Source: an uncultured virus (IMG/VR IMGVR_UViG_2061766007_000711) (taxonomy: Duplodnaviria > Heunggongvirae > Uroviricota > Caudoviricetes). From it: a stretch of DNA of 35,786 nucleotides. Positions 21,457 through 31,500 of the stretch are shown here, piece by piece. Where the stretch lies: IMG/VR virus record IMGVR_UViG_2061766007_000711, one strand, 5' to 3'. How positions within the stretch are numbered: position 1 is the stretch's first letter; every line of letters starts with the position of its first letter. A model generated the notes under the pieces. The model saw only the letters and a list, made by a program, of their open reading frames with translations. It made no database searches and was not told where the DNA came from. The position numbers and the translations under genes are program-made.

Positions 21457-21623
21457 CGTCTATTCCTCCGTGTTCTGGATTCGCCTGAGAAGAGCGGTCG
21501 CGTCCTCGGCGGTGAAGGTGAAGCCGAAGTAGCTCACCTTGGGAACGTTGTCGAAGGCCTCCTTGAACGCCGACTTGAGTAGGTCGGTGTCGAGCTTGCC
21601 CTCGTTGGCGATTCCGGCCATCT
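21095..21623 (-). CDS. Hypothetical protein B, fragments out of order
   Basis: N-terminus MKIGLDKAVDAFIGF...VSKVKP (21251-21095, SD AAGGAG). C-terminus EMAGIANEGKLDTDLLKSAF...QNTEE* (21623-21460), partly duplicated at 21354-21409. Confidence 0.5.
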
Positions 21624-21931
21624 NNNNNNNNNNGATATTCTGCTGGAGAATCTGCTCGCGGAGGGGCTCGGCGACCTCGATGGCGGCGACGCGCTGCTTC
21701 AGGTTGCAGACCTCGAATGCGAGGTCCTTGACCTGGGCGTCGGCGTAGCGCTCGGCCTTCAGCTGCGCGATTTCGGTGTCCTTCGTCGAGAGCTGGTAGG
21801 CGGCGCTTGCCGTCGGGTTGTTGTTTCCGAGGATACCGCCGACACCGNNNNNNNNNNNNNNNNNNNNNNNNNNNNNNNNNNNNNNNNNNNNNACCCTTGG
21901 AGGTGTAGCTGTCTTCATTGTATGTTGCCAT
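21262..21931 (-). CDS. Hypothetical protein A (Gly-rich N-terminus plus coiled coil), fragmented
   Basis: MATYNEDSYTSKG...GVGGILG...KDTEIAQLKAERYADAQVK (21931-21634); probable C-terminus AFVSPFPPAVV...ASNG* (21343-21262). The start is duplicated at 22562. Confidence 0.55.
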
Positions 21932-22058
21932 ACGTCTTTCCTTCCTTGTGGACACTGGTTGGAAACCACAAAAAAGACCTCTTTTTTGCGATTGGACCGG
22001 TTGTCCACGGTTTTCCCGGTCCTGCAGAATGTTTATGGAAGGGGAAGTATGGGATACA

Positions 22059-22087
22059 CGTAAGTCATTGAGTATCAACGACTTACG
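22059..22087. promoter_or_regulatory. 29-bp imperfect palindrome CGTAAGTCATTGA-GTA-TCAACGACTTACG
   Basis: 13-bp arms with one mismatch; identical copy at 22691-22719. Confidence 0.7.
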
Positions 22088-22096
22088 AGTATGAAG

Positions 22097-22125
22097 AAAC
22101 CGGACTGGCGGTGCCGGTCCGGTTT
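22097..22125. other. GC-rich hairpin AAACCGGACTGGC-GGT-GCCGGTCCGGTTT
   Basis: Inverted repeat seen directly; a weaker copy lies at ~22729-22757. Confidence 0.5.
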
Positions 22126-22196
22126 AGCCGGGAGAAATTAGTTTGTGTGTACGGTATATTATGCCGTGATGGACATAGTTTCTGGACGTAATCCAG

Positions 22197-22204
22197 TATA
22201 AACT
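22197..22204 (+). promoter_or_regulatory. Putative late promoter TATAAACT (haplotype 1)
   Basis: Upstream of the gp67-like/protease genes. Confidence 0.6.
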
Positions 22205-22232
22205 ACCATCGTAATTTACCGGGAAATGACCG

Positions 22233-22409
22233 ATGATTGACCGTAAGAGCATAAAGGCGTTGATGAGCGGGATACTGAACGGCGACGACGCCGAGGTGAC
22301 GCGCATCGTGTCTGCCTGCATGGAGTCCGAGTTCAACGCGAAGGTTGACAAGGCGACGAAGGCAGTCATCGAGAGCATTTCTACCGACCGCAAGCCGATT
22401 GTCGGGTAG
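22233..22409 (+). CDS. gp67-like small prohead core protein (haplotype 1 copy, 58 aa)
   Basis: MIDRKSIKALMSGILNGDDAEVTRIVSACMESEFNAKVDKATKAVIESI..., directly upstream of a prohead protease start at 22420 that is cut by a gap. gp67 label is mainly positional. Confidence 0.55.
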   Translation: MIDRKSIKALMSGILNGDDAEVTRIVSACMESEFNAKVDKATKAVIESISTDRKPIVG

Positions 22410-22690
22410 GGGGTGCAAGATGGTTCTGGTCGAAAGAATGAATCCTATGTTCGAGGCGTCCAATGTCCGCATGGAGGACAGGATGGGTCTCGACGGAAAG
22501 CCGGTCAAGCGGCNNNNNNNNNNGCCCTTGGAGGTGTAGGAGTCTTCGTTGTATGTAGCCATTTTGCTATCCTTCTTTGAGGACACTTGTTGGAAACCAC
22601 AAAAAAGGCCTCTTTTTTGCGATAAGACCGGTGTGTCCACTGTTTCCCGGTCCTGCCAATATGTTTATGGAAGTCGGAGTATGGGAAACA

Positions 22691-22719
22691 CGTAAGTCAT
22701 TGAGTATCAACGACTTACG
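22691..22719. promoter_or_regulatory. Second copy of the 29-bp palindrome
   Basis: Identical to 22059-22087 while the flanks differ. Confidence 0.7.
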
Positions 22720-22782
22720 AACATCAAGAAACCGGACTGGCGGTGCCGGTCCAGTCTAGCCGGAAGGAACTAGTTTTGGCTT

Positions 22783-23736
22783 ATGAGGAACTTTGACACA
22801 GAGAAATACGTGGACGCCATGGCCCGTGGCCCGAGGGATGCGGCATATCTGCGCGGAGCCGTCGACGGTCTGAAACATGTAGTCAAGCAGGCCCCCGCTT
22901 TGCGTTTGCTTGATTCACTTGCCGCGCAGCTGTCGCGGTTCGGTACGCTTCCGAGGATTCCACTGCCCTCTCCCGTGGAGAAGGTTTCTATTGAACTGCC
23001 GATAGTGGACCGGTGCAACCTGGACTGCGTGGCGTGTTCGCATTTCTCCCCCCTGGCGGCCGGCGTTCCTGACATGGAGCCTGCCGAGGCCGCGGAGATG
23101 CTGGACAGGATGCCGTGCATCAGCGTAGACCAGCTGCTGATAATCGGCGGAGAGCCGATGCTGCATCCGGAACTAAAGGAATTCATCGACATCGCCTACG
23201 AGCGGAGGCAAAGGATGAAATGCCGCATGGTAGTCAGCAACTGTACGCTGTATGACAAGGTAAGGGACTGGCTCCCGGACGAGCTGGCAAGGACTGGAAC
23301 CATGCTGGCATTCAGCGACTATGTCGCGAACAGGAAACACCTGGACCGGGTCATTGCCGACAGGGACAAGAGGTTCAGCACGATTAGGTTCGGGGAATCT
23401 CCGGCGGTATTCAACAGGTACCTGAAGTCGACAGATTGCAGGTATGCTCTGGACAAGCACCTGTGTGGGCAGCGGGTATGCCTTACGCTTAGGGGAGGAA
23501 GACTGTGGGCGTGCAGTTCTGTTGCATGTATCTCTACGCTCAATGCGGCATACGGGACAGCGATTATGCCGTCGGAATTCGACAGCTGGCGAATAGAGGA
23601 TATAGAATGCAGGGATGACCTGGTAATCCTGCAGAATCTACCGAATCCGTTCTGCAGGCACTGTGATACTGCCGGCAGCGGTACGATGCGGCATTCGTTT
23701 GCTAGACCGGCCAGGGAGCATTACCTGGTTGAATGA
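22783..23736 (+). CDS. Radical SAM protein with a Cys-rich C-terminal extension
   Basis: CNLDCVAC (CxxxCxxC), GGEPMLHP, and C-terminal CGQRVC...LWAC...FCRHC (SPASM/Twitch-like). Confidence 0.85.
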   Translation: MRNFDTEKYVDAMARGPRDAAYLRGAVDGLKHVVKQAPALRLLDSLAAQLSRFGTLPRIPLPSPVEKVSIELPIVDRCNLDCVACSHFSPLAAGVPDMEPAEAAEMLDRMPCISVDQLLIIGGEPMLHPELKEFIDIAYERRQRMKCRMVVSNCTLYDKVRDWLPDELARTGTMLAFSDYVANRKHLDRVIADRDKRFSTIRFGESPAVFNRYLKSTDCRYALDKHLCGQRVCLTLRGGRLWACSSVACISTLNAAYGTAIMPSEFDSWRIEDIECRDDLVILQNLPNPFCRHCDTAGSGTMRHSFARPAREHYLVE

Positions 23737-24245
23737 ATTAGCCTGAGGCGTTCCTGCAGTCCGGAGATTATCCGTGCCCTGCAGTTCGCTATGTCTTGCT
23801 CCGGGTACTCCCGGTAGTTTTCCAGGAGCCTGTCGACGTCGGCCACCGTGTAGCACTTGGATAGCTCCGGTGCGAGTCCACCATGTTCCAGTATCTGGAC
23901 GAGGGTCGGGTTCTCGATATTGGAGAGCTCCACGGTATCCCGGGCAAGCGACAGCCAGTTCCATGTATGCCGTTCCAGCCATCCCTCGATGTGGTCGATT
24001 TCGGTGACAATGAGCCTGAAGTTGTCCTTGTCCACTACGTTATTCAGCAACATGTCCCGGATTTCCCTGGTGGTACCGTCGAAGCATATGGAATATACCG
24101 AGCAGGAGCCATGGAACCAGTCGGTGTAGGAATCGTAGTCATGTTCGTTGCTCACCACCCGGCACCACTCGGTAAAGGCGTTCCGTATGAACCGGCGTAC
24201 GGCAACGGAGTTTCGTGCTGAAAATGCTATGAGGAACTGCTTCAT
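23721..24245 (-). CDS. Hypothetical protein, N-terminal half possibly Cas2/VapD-like ferredoxin fold
   Basis: FLIAF...WFH...SVYSI...TTREIRDMLL...D.FRLIVTEI...GWL...WNWL pattern, recalled from stand-alone Cas2-like proteins. Has its own promoter-like element. Confidence 0.5.
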   Translation of the reverse strand: MKQFLIAFSARNSVAVRRFIRNAFTEWCRVVSNEHDYDSYTDWFHGSCSVYSICFDGTTREIRDMLLNNVVDKDNFRLIVTEIDHIEGWLERHTWNWLSLARDTVELSNIENPTLVQILEHGGLAPELSKCYTVADVDRLLENYREYPEQDIANCRARIISGLQERLRLIHSTR

Positions 24246-24250
24246 GCCTG

Positions 24251-24258
24251 CAAATATA
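24251..24258 (-). promoter_or_regulatory. TATATTTG element (TAnnTTTG-type) 5 nt upstream of ATG 24245
   Basis: Matches the Bacteroidota -7 consensus TAnnTTTG; no SD present. Confidence 0.45.
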
Positions 24259-24301
24259 GCAAATTGGCGTCCTTTGGAATAGTTTACTTCGTGTCACTGA
24301 A

Positions 24302-24309
24302 TATAAACT
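24302..24309 (+). promoter_or_regulatory. Putative late promoter TATAAACT (haplotype 2)
   Basis: Upstream of the head-assembly genes; identity with haplotype 1 begins exactly at this motif. Confidence 0.6.
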
Positions 24310-24337
24310 ACCATCGTAATTTACCGGGAAATGACCG

Positions 24338-24514
24338 ATGATTGACCGTAAGAGCATAAAGGCGCTGATGAGCGGGATACTGAACGGCGACGATGCCGAG
24401 GTGAACCGCATCGTGTCCGCCTGTCTCGAGTCGGAGTTCAACGCGAAGGTTGGCGAGGCTACCAAGGCAGTCATCGAGAGCATTTCTACCGACCGCAAGC
24501 CGATTGTAGGGTAG
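24338..24514 (+). CDS. gp67-like small prohead core protein (58 aa)
   Basis: Allele of 22233-22409 with mostly synonymous or conservative changes; sits before the protease as in the T4 67-68-21-22 order. Confidence 0.55.
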   Translation: MIDRKSIKALMSGILNGDDAEVNRIVSACLESEFNAKVGEATKAVIESISTDRKPIVG

Positions 24515-24524
24515 GGGGTGCAAG

Positions 24525-25377
24525 ATGGTTCTGGTTGAGAGAATGAATCCGATGTTCGAGGCGTCCAGTGTCCGCATGGAGGACAGGATGGGTCTCGACG
24601 GAAAGCCGGTCAAGCGGCTCATCATCGAGGGCTACGCCCTCGTGTGTGACATCGCGGGCATCAACGGCCGCGAATACCCGAGCTCCATCATCTCCAGGGA
24701 AGTTGAACGTCTCAACCGCGAGGCCGTCCCGTTCGGACGCCTGGCCGCCGAGCTCAACCACCCGAGGCTCGACGAGGAGGGCAACTCCCGCGACTACCCG
24801 ATTTGCGAGATGGACCTCTCCAAGCTCTGCGCCGTGGTCGAGGAACTCCGAATGGAGGGCAACAAGGTATGGTGCAAGATGGTCGTCGCCGAGGAGACCG
24901 AGGCCGGGCACAACCTGGCCGGCGCAATCAAGGCGGGCTACCGTCCTGGATATTCCATCCGTGGCGCTGGCGACACGACCACCAAGGGTGACCACGAGGT
25001 CGTGACCGACAACTACACCTTGATTACCATTGACGTTGTGGGCAACCCGTCGTTCGGCAAGAGCGCCATCGTGACCAGCAAGTTCGAGGGNNNNNNNNNN
25101 CGGCGCCGGCGATACTACCACCAAGGGTGACCACGAGGTTGTTACCGACAACTACACGCTGATTACCATCGACGTGGTCGGCAACCCGTCGTTCGGCAAG
25201 AGCGCCATCGTGACCAGCAAGTTCGAGGGCATGGAGAAGCCGAAAAAGATGAAGATTATCACCGAGTCAATCGAGAACCTGGGCCGGGAGGTCGCATACA
25301 ACAACCGTCTGCGCGACCTAGGCTACCGCCAGTTCGACACCGGTGCTTTCATGCAGTTCATGAGGGAGAATATCTAG
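24525..25377 (+). CDS. Prohead maturation protease, T4 gp21-like (~130 bp duplicated across gap 25091-25100)
   Basis: LIIEG...NGREYP...AELNHP (catalytic His)...GYSIRGAG (catalytic Ser)...LITIDVVGNPS; C-terminus ends MRENI* at 25377. Confidence 0.9.
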
Positions 25378-25378
25378 G

Positions 25379-26152
25379 ATGTTTGAAGTCAAGAAGGTAT
25401 TGACCGAGGCCGAACTGGGCAAGGTGGACGGTGAAGTCCTGGCCAAGCTCGAGGCCGCCTACCGCGCGGACCTATCGAAGTCCCTCGAGGACGAGGCCGC
25501 CAAGTCTAAGGCCAAGTTCGAGTCTCTCGTCGAATTGGTAGGCAACAAGGTCGACGAGAAGGTGAGCGCCGCCGTTGAGGCCAGCGTCGAGAAGATGAAG
25601 ACCGACGCAATCAATGGAAAGCTGTTCGAGGCGCTGCAGAAGATTACGGCAATCGTCGAGGATGTCGGCATTCCGGCTACCGAGGTCACCAAGCGTCTGA
25701 AGCAGGAACTCGCCCAGGCGGACCAGAACCTCCAGCAGGCATACGCCGAGCGAGAGGACATCAAGAAGAAGCTCAACTACCAGGGCAAGCTGAACCGCAT
25801 CTACGAGCTGACCAAGGGTTGCAGTCCGGACGTTGTCAACATGGTAATCGAGCACTTCAAGAACGAGGACATCCGTGCAATCGACAAGAACAGCATCGCT
25901 GACTTCATCGACAACAATGACGCCGGTGACGCCGGAATCATGGACATCGACGTGGACCTCGGCGGCGGCCTGAACATGGACAAGGTCGAAGCTGCCCTGG
26001 ACGAAATCCAGGACAACGTGGACATGGACATGCCGGGCTTCCTGGCGATAGACTCGGAGCCGGCGAAGAAGGCTCCGGTGAAGCGCAAGGTTCTTGGCGA
26101 GGCGGCAAGCAGGAAGTTCAAGCCCGAGCGGGTGAGGATTCCGGCCACCGGT
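25379..26152 (+). CDS. Prohead core scaffolding protein, T4 gp22-like (3' end in gap)
   Basis: Charged, helical E/K/A-rich protein directly after the protease, with LTE/FES/LGE candidate cleavage sites. Confidence 0.7.
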
Positions 26153-26712
26153 NNNNNNNNNNNNNNNNNNNNNNNNNNNNNNNNNNNNNNNNNNNNNNNN
26201 NNNNNNNNNNNNNNNNNNNNNNNNNNNNNNNNNNNNNNNNNNNNNNNNNNNNNNNNNNNNNNNNNNNNNNNNNNNNNNNNNNNNNNNNNNNNNNNNNNNN
26301 NNNNNNNNNNNNNNNNNNNNNNNNNNNNNNNNNNNNNNNNNNNNNNNNNNNNNNNNNNNNNNNNNNNNNNNNNNNNNNNNNNNNNNNNNNNNNNNNNNNN
26401 NNNNNNNNNNNNNNNNNNNNNNNNNNNNNNNNNNNNNNNNNNNNNNNNNNNNNNNNNNNNNNNNNNNNNNNNNNNNNNNNNNNNNNNNNNNNNNNNNNNN
26501 NNNNNNNNNNNNNNNNNNNNNNNNNNNNNNNNNNNNNNNNNNNNNNNNNNNNNNNNNNNNNNNNNNNNNNNNNNNNNNNNNNNNNNNNNNNNNNNNNNNN
26601 NNNNNNNNNNNNNNNNNNNNNNNNNNNNNNNNNNNNNNNNNNNNNNNNNNNNNNNNNNNNNNNNNNNNNNNNNNNNNNNNNNNNNNNNNNNNNNNNNNNN
26701 NNNNNNNNNNNN

Positions 26713-27709
26713 AAGGGCGGCAGCTTCGCGTTCGCCCCGAGGGACTCCCGCGCCTTGGACCGCAGTTCCTGCGGCGATTAATCTTTTGCCTTCGGCAAGG
26801 ATGTTGACCGCGGCGTTGACGTCACGCTCATGTGGCGTGCCGCAATGCGGGCACGTCCACGAGCGTACGGTCAAGTCCTTGACCAACGGGTTCCTGTAGT
26901 TGCATACGCTGCATAGCTGGGATGACGGGAACCATCGTCCGACGCGGACGATGGTCCTCCCGTACCAGTCTGCCTTGTACTGCAACCTGTTGAGGAACAT
27001 CCTCCATGCCGTGTCATGTTCGGACTTCGCGTGGTCGCCCTCGGCGACCTCGCGTACGTCCAGGTCCTCGACCACTACCGTTTGGTTCTCGCGGAGCAGT
27101 CTCGTGGACAGCTTGTCTAGGAAGTCCTTCCTTCGGTTTGCAACCTTTTCGTGTTCGCGGGCGATGCGCAAGCGCAGCGCCTCGCGCCTTTTCGAGCCTT
27201 TCTGCTTCCTGGCGAGGACGCGCTGGAGGGCCGCGATGCGGCCCTCGGCTTCCTTGAGGAAGCGCGGGTTAGCGACGACTTCGCCGTCGCTTGTAGCGCA
27301 GAATTCCGTCAGTCCGAGGTCGATGCCGACCTCGGTATTCGTCGTAGGCAGTGCCTTCGGCACAGCCTCCTCTACCATGATGGAGGCGTAATATTTACCG
27401 GCGCGTGACCGGTTGACGGTAACGTGCTTGATGCTCCTGGCCGACCAGTCAAGGTCCTCGTAGTTGCGGAAGGAAACGAAGCCTACCTTCGGTAGGCGAA
27501 GTTTCCTTNNNNNNNNNNNNNNNNNNNNNNNNNNTATACGAATCCCTGTCTTTATGTTTCGCCTTGAACTGCGGAAAGCCGACTCCGTCGGCGTTCCGCT
27601 CGAAGAAGTTCTTGAACGCGGCGTTCAGCGTCAGTACCTCGGCGGTCAGCGCGTTGGAGTCCACCTCCTTAAGGAAGGGGAATTCCCCATAGAAGTCGCT
27701 CGGCTTCGA
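26713..27709 (-). mobile_element. tnpB: IS200/IS605-family element encoding TnpB (both ends in gaps)
   Basis: FLKEVDSNAL...AFKNFF...GFPQFK, LRLPKVG, GKYYASI, GIDLG (RuvC-I), VVEDL (RuvC-II), CSVC/CPHC zinc finger, ERDVNAAVNI (RuvC-III). GAAGCTGCCGCCCTT at the 3' edge looks like half of the right-end hairpin. Confidence 0.92.
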
Positions 27710-28147
27710 NNNNNNNNNNNNNNNNNNNNNNNNNNNNNNNNNNNNNNNNNNNNNNNNNNNNNNNNNNNNNNNNNNNNNNNNNNNNNNNNNNNNNNNNNNN
27801 NNNNNNNNNNNNNNNNNNNNNNNNNNNNNNNNNNNNNNNNNNNNNNNNNNNNNNNNNNNNNNNNNNNNNNNNNNNNNNNNNNNNNNNNNNNNNNNNNNNN
27901 NNNNNNNNNNNNNNNNNNNNNNNNNNNNNNNNNNNNNNNNNNNNNNNNNNNNNNNNNNNNNNNNNNNNNNNNNNNNNNNNNNNNNNNNNNNNNNNNNNNN
28001 NNNNNNNNNNNNNNNNNNNNNNNNNNNNNNNNNNNNNNNNNNNNNNNNNNNNNNNNNNNNNNNNNNNNNNNNNNNNNNNNNNNNNNNNNNNNNNNNNNNN
28101 NNNNNNNNNNNNNNNNNNNNNNNNNNNNNNNNNNNNNNNNNNNNNNN

Positions 28148-28570
28148 CCCCAGCAGATGATGGGTCGAGGCATGTTCGGCCCAGGCAACTACCAGCAGAA
28201 CAACGACACTATGCCGGGATACGAGGGTGCCTACAACGCCAACGACTGGCAGAACATCAAGCTCGGCGACGTACGCGACCAGTGGACCCAGCAGCAGGCG
28301 GAGGATTCCGTCGGCCAGATGGACCAGTTCATGGACGAGCTCAACGGGCAGGTCGATTTCAAGGTAGATACCGGCGCGGTCCGCAAGGGGGACGTCGGCA
28401 AGGTGACTTCGGCGATGAGCCTCGTCATCGGACTGCTCAATGACGTGGACGCATGGATTCCGGGCAACGTGAATCCAAGCTCGGTAACTGCTCTCAAGGA
28501 CAAGGGCGGCATTGTCGCCAAGCAGCTCACAATTTTCAGGAACGCTATAGCGCAACTCGGTGGTAAGTAA
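28148..28570 (+). CDS. Hypothetical protein, C-terminal part (5' in gap)
   Basis: Open frame PQQMMGRGMFGPG...IAQLGGK* with phage-typical GC3-rich codons. Confidence 0.65.
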   Translation, partial: PQQMMGRGMFGPGNYQQNNDTMPGYEGAYNANDWQNIKLGDVRDQWTQQQAEDSVGQMDQFMDELNGQVDFKVDTGAVRKGDVGKVTSAMSLVIGLLNDVDAWIPGNVNPSSVTALKDKGGIVAKQLTIFRNAIAQLGGK

Positions 28571-28576
28571 AGAAAT

Positions 28577-31500
28577 ATGTCCCTAGTCAACCTCGTATAC
28601 CGCAGCTACAAGGAGAATGTAACACCGCTATCGGGTTGGTACACTGGCACAATGAAGCTGGTAGCCGAGACCGCCGTCGAGGAGGACGGCTGCGTCACGG
28701 TGAAGTACGACACCGAGCGATTCAAGGTGGGTGCACTCCCTGAGCTCGAGCAGGCGGTATACGCCGGTAGCCTCGTGCTGTCCCCCGACTATCCCTACAC
28801 GGTATCCTATGCGTGGGCCCGGTGGAAGGAGGCGGAGTCCGACCCAGACTACTACATGGTGAAGGACCCGTCAAGGGACGAGTGGGACCTGTATGCGCTT
28901 GACGGCGAGGTGCCCGGCACGATTGACGTGGTGCTCGCCGAGTGGATTGACGGGAAGGGACAGTATAGCACGTACAGCCTCCCGGTGGCACGCCCGGACT
29001 ATTCCCGGGAGCTCCCGGGGTTCGCCCTGTCCCCGTCCACGTTCACTATCCCGGACTATCCGGTGGAGCGCATCGCCGTCGGGACGCTGAAGTACAACCA
29101 CCTATCCGTGGAGCGGCTGCTCGACGTGGTGTACGACGGCGACTGTGAGGAGGGAATGCCGTGCCCGTTCTGGTTCGAGAAAGACGACGGCTATACGCTG
29201 TACACGTCATACTCCGGCGGCAACGTGGCGCACGAGCAGTACGACGTTCCCGTATATGTGCACTACATAGATGCCGAGACCGGCCTCGAGCGCGAGGAGA
29301 GTCTGGTGTTCACGGTGCACGGTTTCGGCGGGGGAATATCTACCGANNNNNNNNNNCCCCGTGGCAGACAATTTCGTTCATCATGTCTCCCGACTACGCG
29401 GTCACGTCGCGAGGCGAGGAGCAGTGCTCCGTGTACGACCTAGAACTCGGATACGGCGATGCCAACGGGTTCATCGCGGTGGCCGGAACTGGCGACGCCA
29501 AGATGGCGCTGGAGAACAACATAGGGCTTATAAGGTACAGGTACGACGCGGAGAACGCGGCGGAGCAGAAGAAGGCTTCCGCCGGGGCGGTCAAGACTAC
29601 GAATGCATCCTGCTTCTATACGTCGGACGTGTCTCTGGTATATGACTCGGTAGATGCGTCGGGCAACCCGTCGCAGGCCGGGGGAGTTCCCGGGAAGTAC
29701 GGGAAGACCATGTACGTCCGCATGAACCGTGGCCAGGACTGCGAGAAGATGCTCTATGTCCGCGTGAAGGCAAAGCTGAACACCAGGCTTGACTACCGCC
29801 ACGGCGAGATGACAATCAACGGCATGCCCGTGCGCGAGGGGGACATTGTCTGGCTCGCCGGGCAGAAGGACGGGGAGACTGACGGACTCTGGGTCGTGCA
29901 GACTGGCGAGTGGGTCGGCCTGAAGAGCTATGCCGGCATCGACCGTGACGACAAGGACTACAATCCGTGTACCGACATGAGCAACGAGCCCCTGCCGGTG
30001 GACGACAGCGTTCTTGTGGACCTCGGTGCGAAGGTGTCGGACAAGGCAGACCTAAGGTGTACGGAGGACGTGCCGGTGAAGTACGGTACGCAGCAGGTGT
30101 GCGGCAGGATTGCCGAGCCTGGGATGAGAGTGCTGCTCTCCAACCAGAGTGATGGCAAGGACGGCCTGTGGGAGGTCACCTGTGCTGACTGGGTCTACTG
30201 GGGACCGGTTGATGACTCGGGTACGACGACGTTCGACATGTCGGGCAATGTCCTCGTGCAGAACGACATTGACTTCTGTGCCTGCAGGGACAGCCGGAAG
30301 AATACGATTTTCAACATAGAGTACTACTACCTGAACGCCGGTTGCTACCTTGCGACTGCCAACAGGAAGGTCAAGCTGATTTGCTCTGGCATGGGCTCGT
30401 CGCTCGTGCCGAACAACAACCTCGTCATTACAGACTACAGCATCACGATAGGTGCCGAGCCCTCGCTTGTCACCGACACGCACAGTACGGCGGGCGACCC
30501 GGAGGCGGAGGACTGCACCCGCNNNNNNNNNNNNNNNNNNNNNNNNNNNNNNNNNNNNNNNNNNNNNNNNNNNNNNNNNNNNNNNNNGAGATGATATGCG
30601 ACTGCGAGCGCTACTACAACCTCCCGGCTTCATTCGACGGCACGACCGTGAAGTCCGGCTACAGCATCGTGTTCTGGGAGTTCGGCGAGGGAGGCTGGCA
30701 CCTGTACTCGTACAACAAGCGCATGCCGGTGGCGTACGACGTGTACCACCTTCACGTGCGCGGGATTGCCAGTCCGGAGATGGTCGATGAGAATACGGAC
30801 ATCTACATGCTGGACGAACGGCAGCTGCCTACTTCGGAAAGGACTAAGGATGCATGGTTCGTCGAGCACGGCGGGAAGGTTTCCAAGAAGTTCTCCATGT
30901 ACGACCCGAGGTGGAAGTTCAAGGTGGTGGACGAGCATGGCGAGCTAGTCGGGTGGACTGACGAGCTCGGGCCGGATACTCTCTACCAGGCGTGGGCAAT
31001 ACACGGGGGAACGGACGGCACGAGGATTCTAGCTCACGGGGAGACCGTCGAAGACCCGGATACGGGGAAGGACGTGGTCGTCCCGGTGGGTACGAACGGA
31101 ATCTACGGGTTCAAGTTCTATGACACCCCGCTTACCCTGCAGCGTTTCTGCGACATCTACAACAAGGCGTCCACCAACTGCATATTCCAGGATACCATGT
31201 CCGGAATCGTCACCGACCAGGAGTCTCCTGTCAGCGGAGGCGATACCGAGCCGTCGTTCATCACTACGGATGGCGACGAGATTGTCGTCAAGGACAGCGA
31301 CGCCGGGACTGCCGGTGCAGCCCCGGGAACTCCCGGGAGCAGCGCGGGCGGCCTCATGTCCAACCTGGAGATTCTCCGCACGAAGATTGTGGAGCTCGAC
31401 CCGTACAGGGCGAAGGTCACCCCGGGGAGCGACATCGAAGGCACCGGGAGTACGGTGGAGTGGGTGCCCGACCCGGAACAGCCGGACGACGCTGCCATGG

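Larger units (their letters stand above)
21893..22775. repeat. Diverged duplicate of a ~240-bp intergenic region (21893-22143 vs 22524-22775)
   Basis: Both copies carry the MATYNEDSYTSKG start, the palindrome and the hairpin, and both begin at an N gap. Probably two strain haplotypes. Confidence 0.75.

Noticed and set aside
20470..22775. Clustered repeats as a shufflon or CRISPR-like array
   Set aside because: Repeats are direct, irregular, gap-bounded allelic copies with no constant repeat-spacer period and no recombinase or cas operon.
24963..25230. Apparent internal duplication in the prohead protease
   Set aside because: The copies flank a 10-N gap and differ only synonymously; best explained as a strain bubble in the assembly.
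25801..28570. ORF-track fusions of scaffold, TnpB and the next gene
   Set aside because: Produced by translating through long N runs.
1507..30587. Frameshifts in F2, F7, F8, tnpB and the 28577 gene as pseudogenes or programmed frameshifts
   Set aside because: Every frame change coincides with an N gap of uncertain length.
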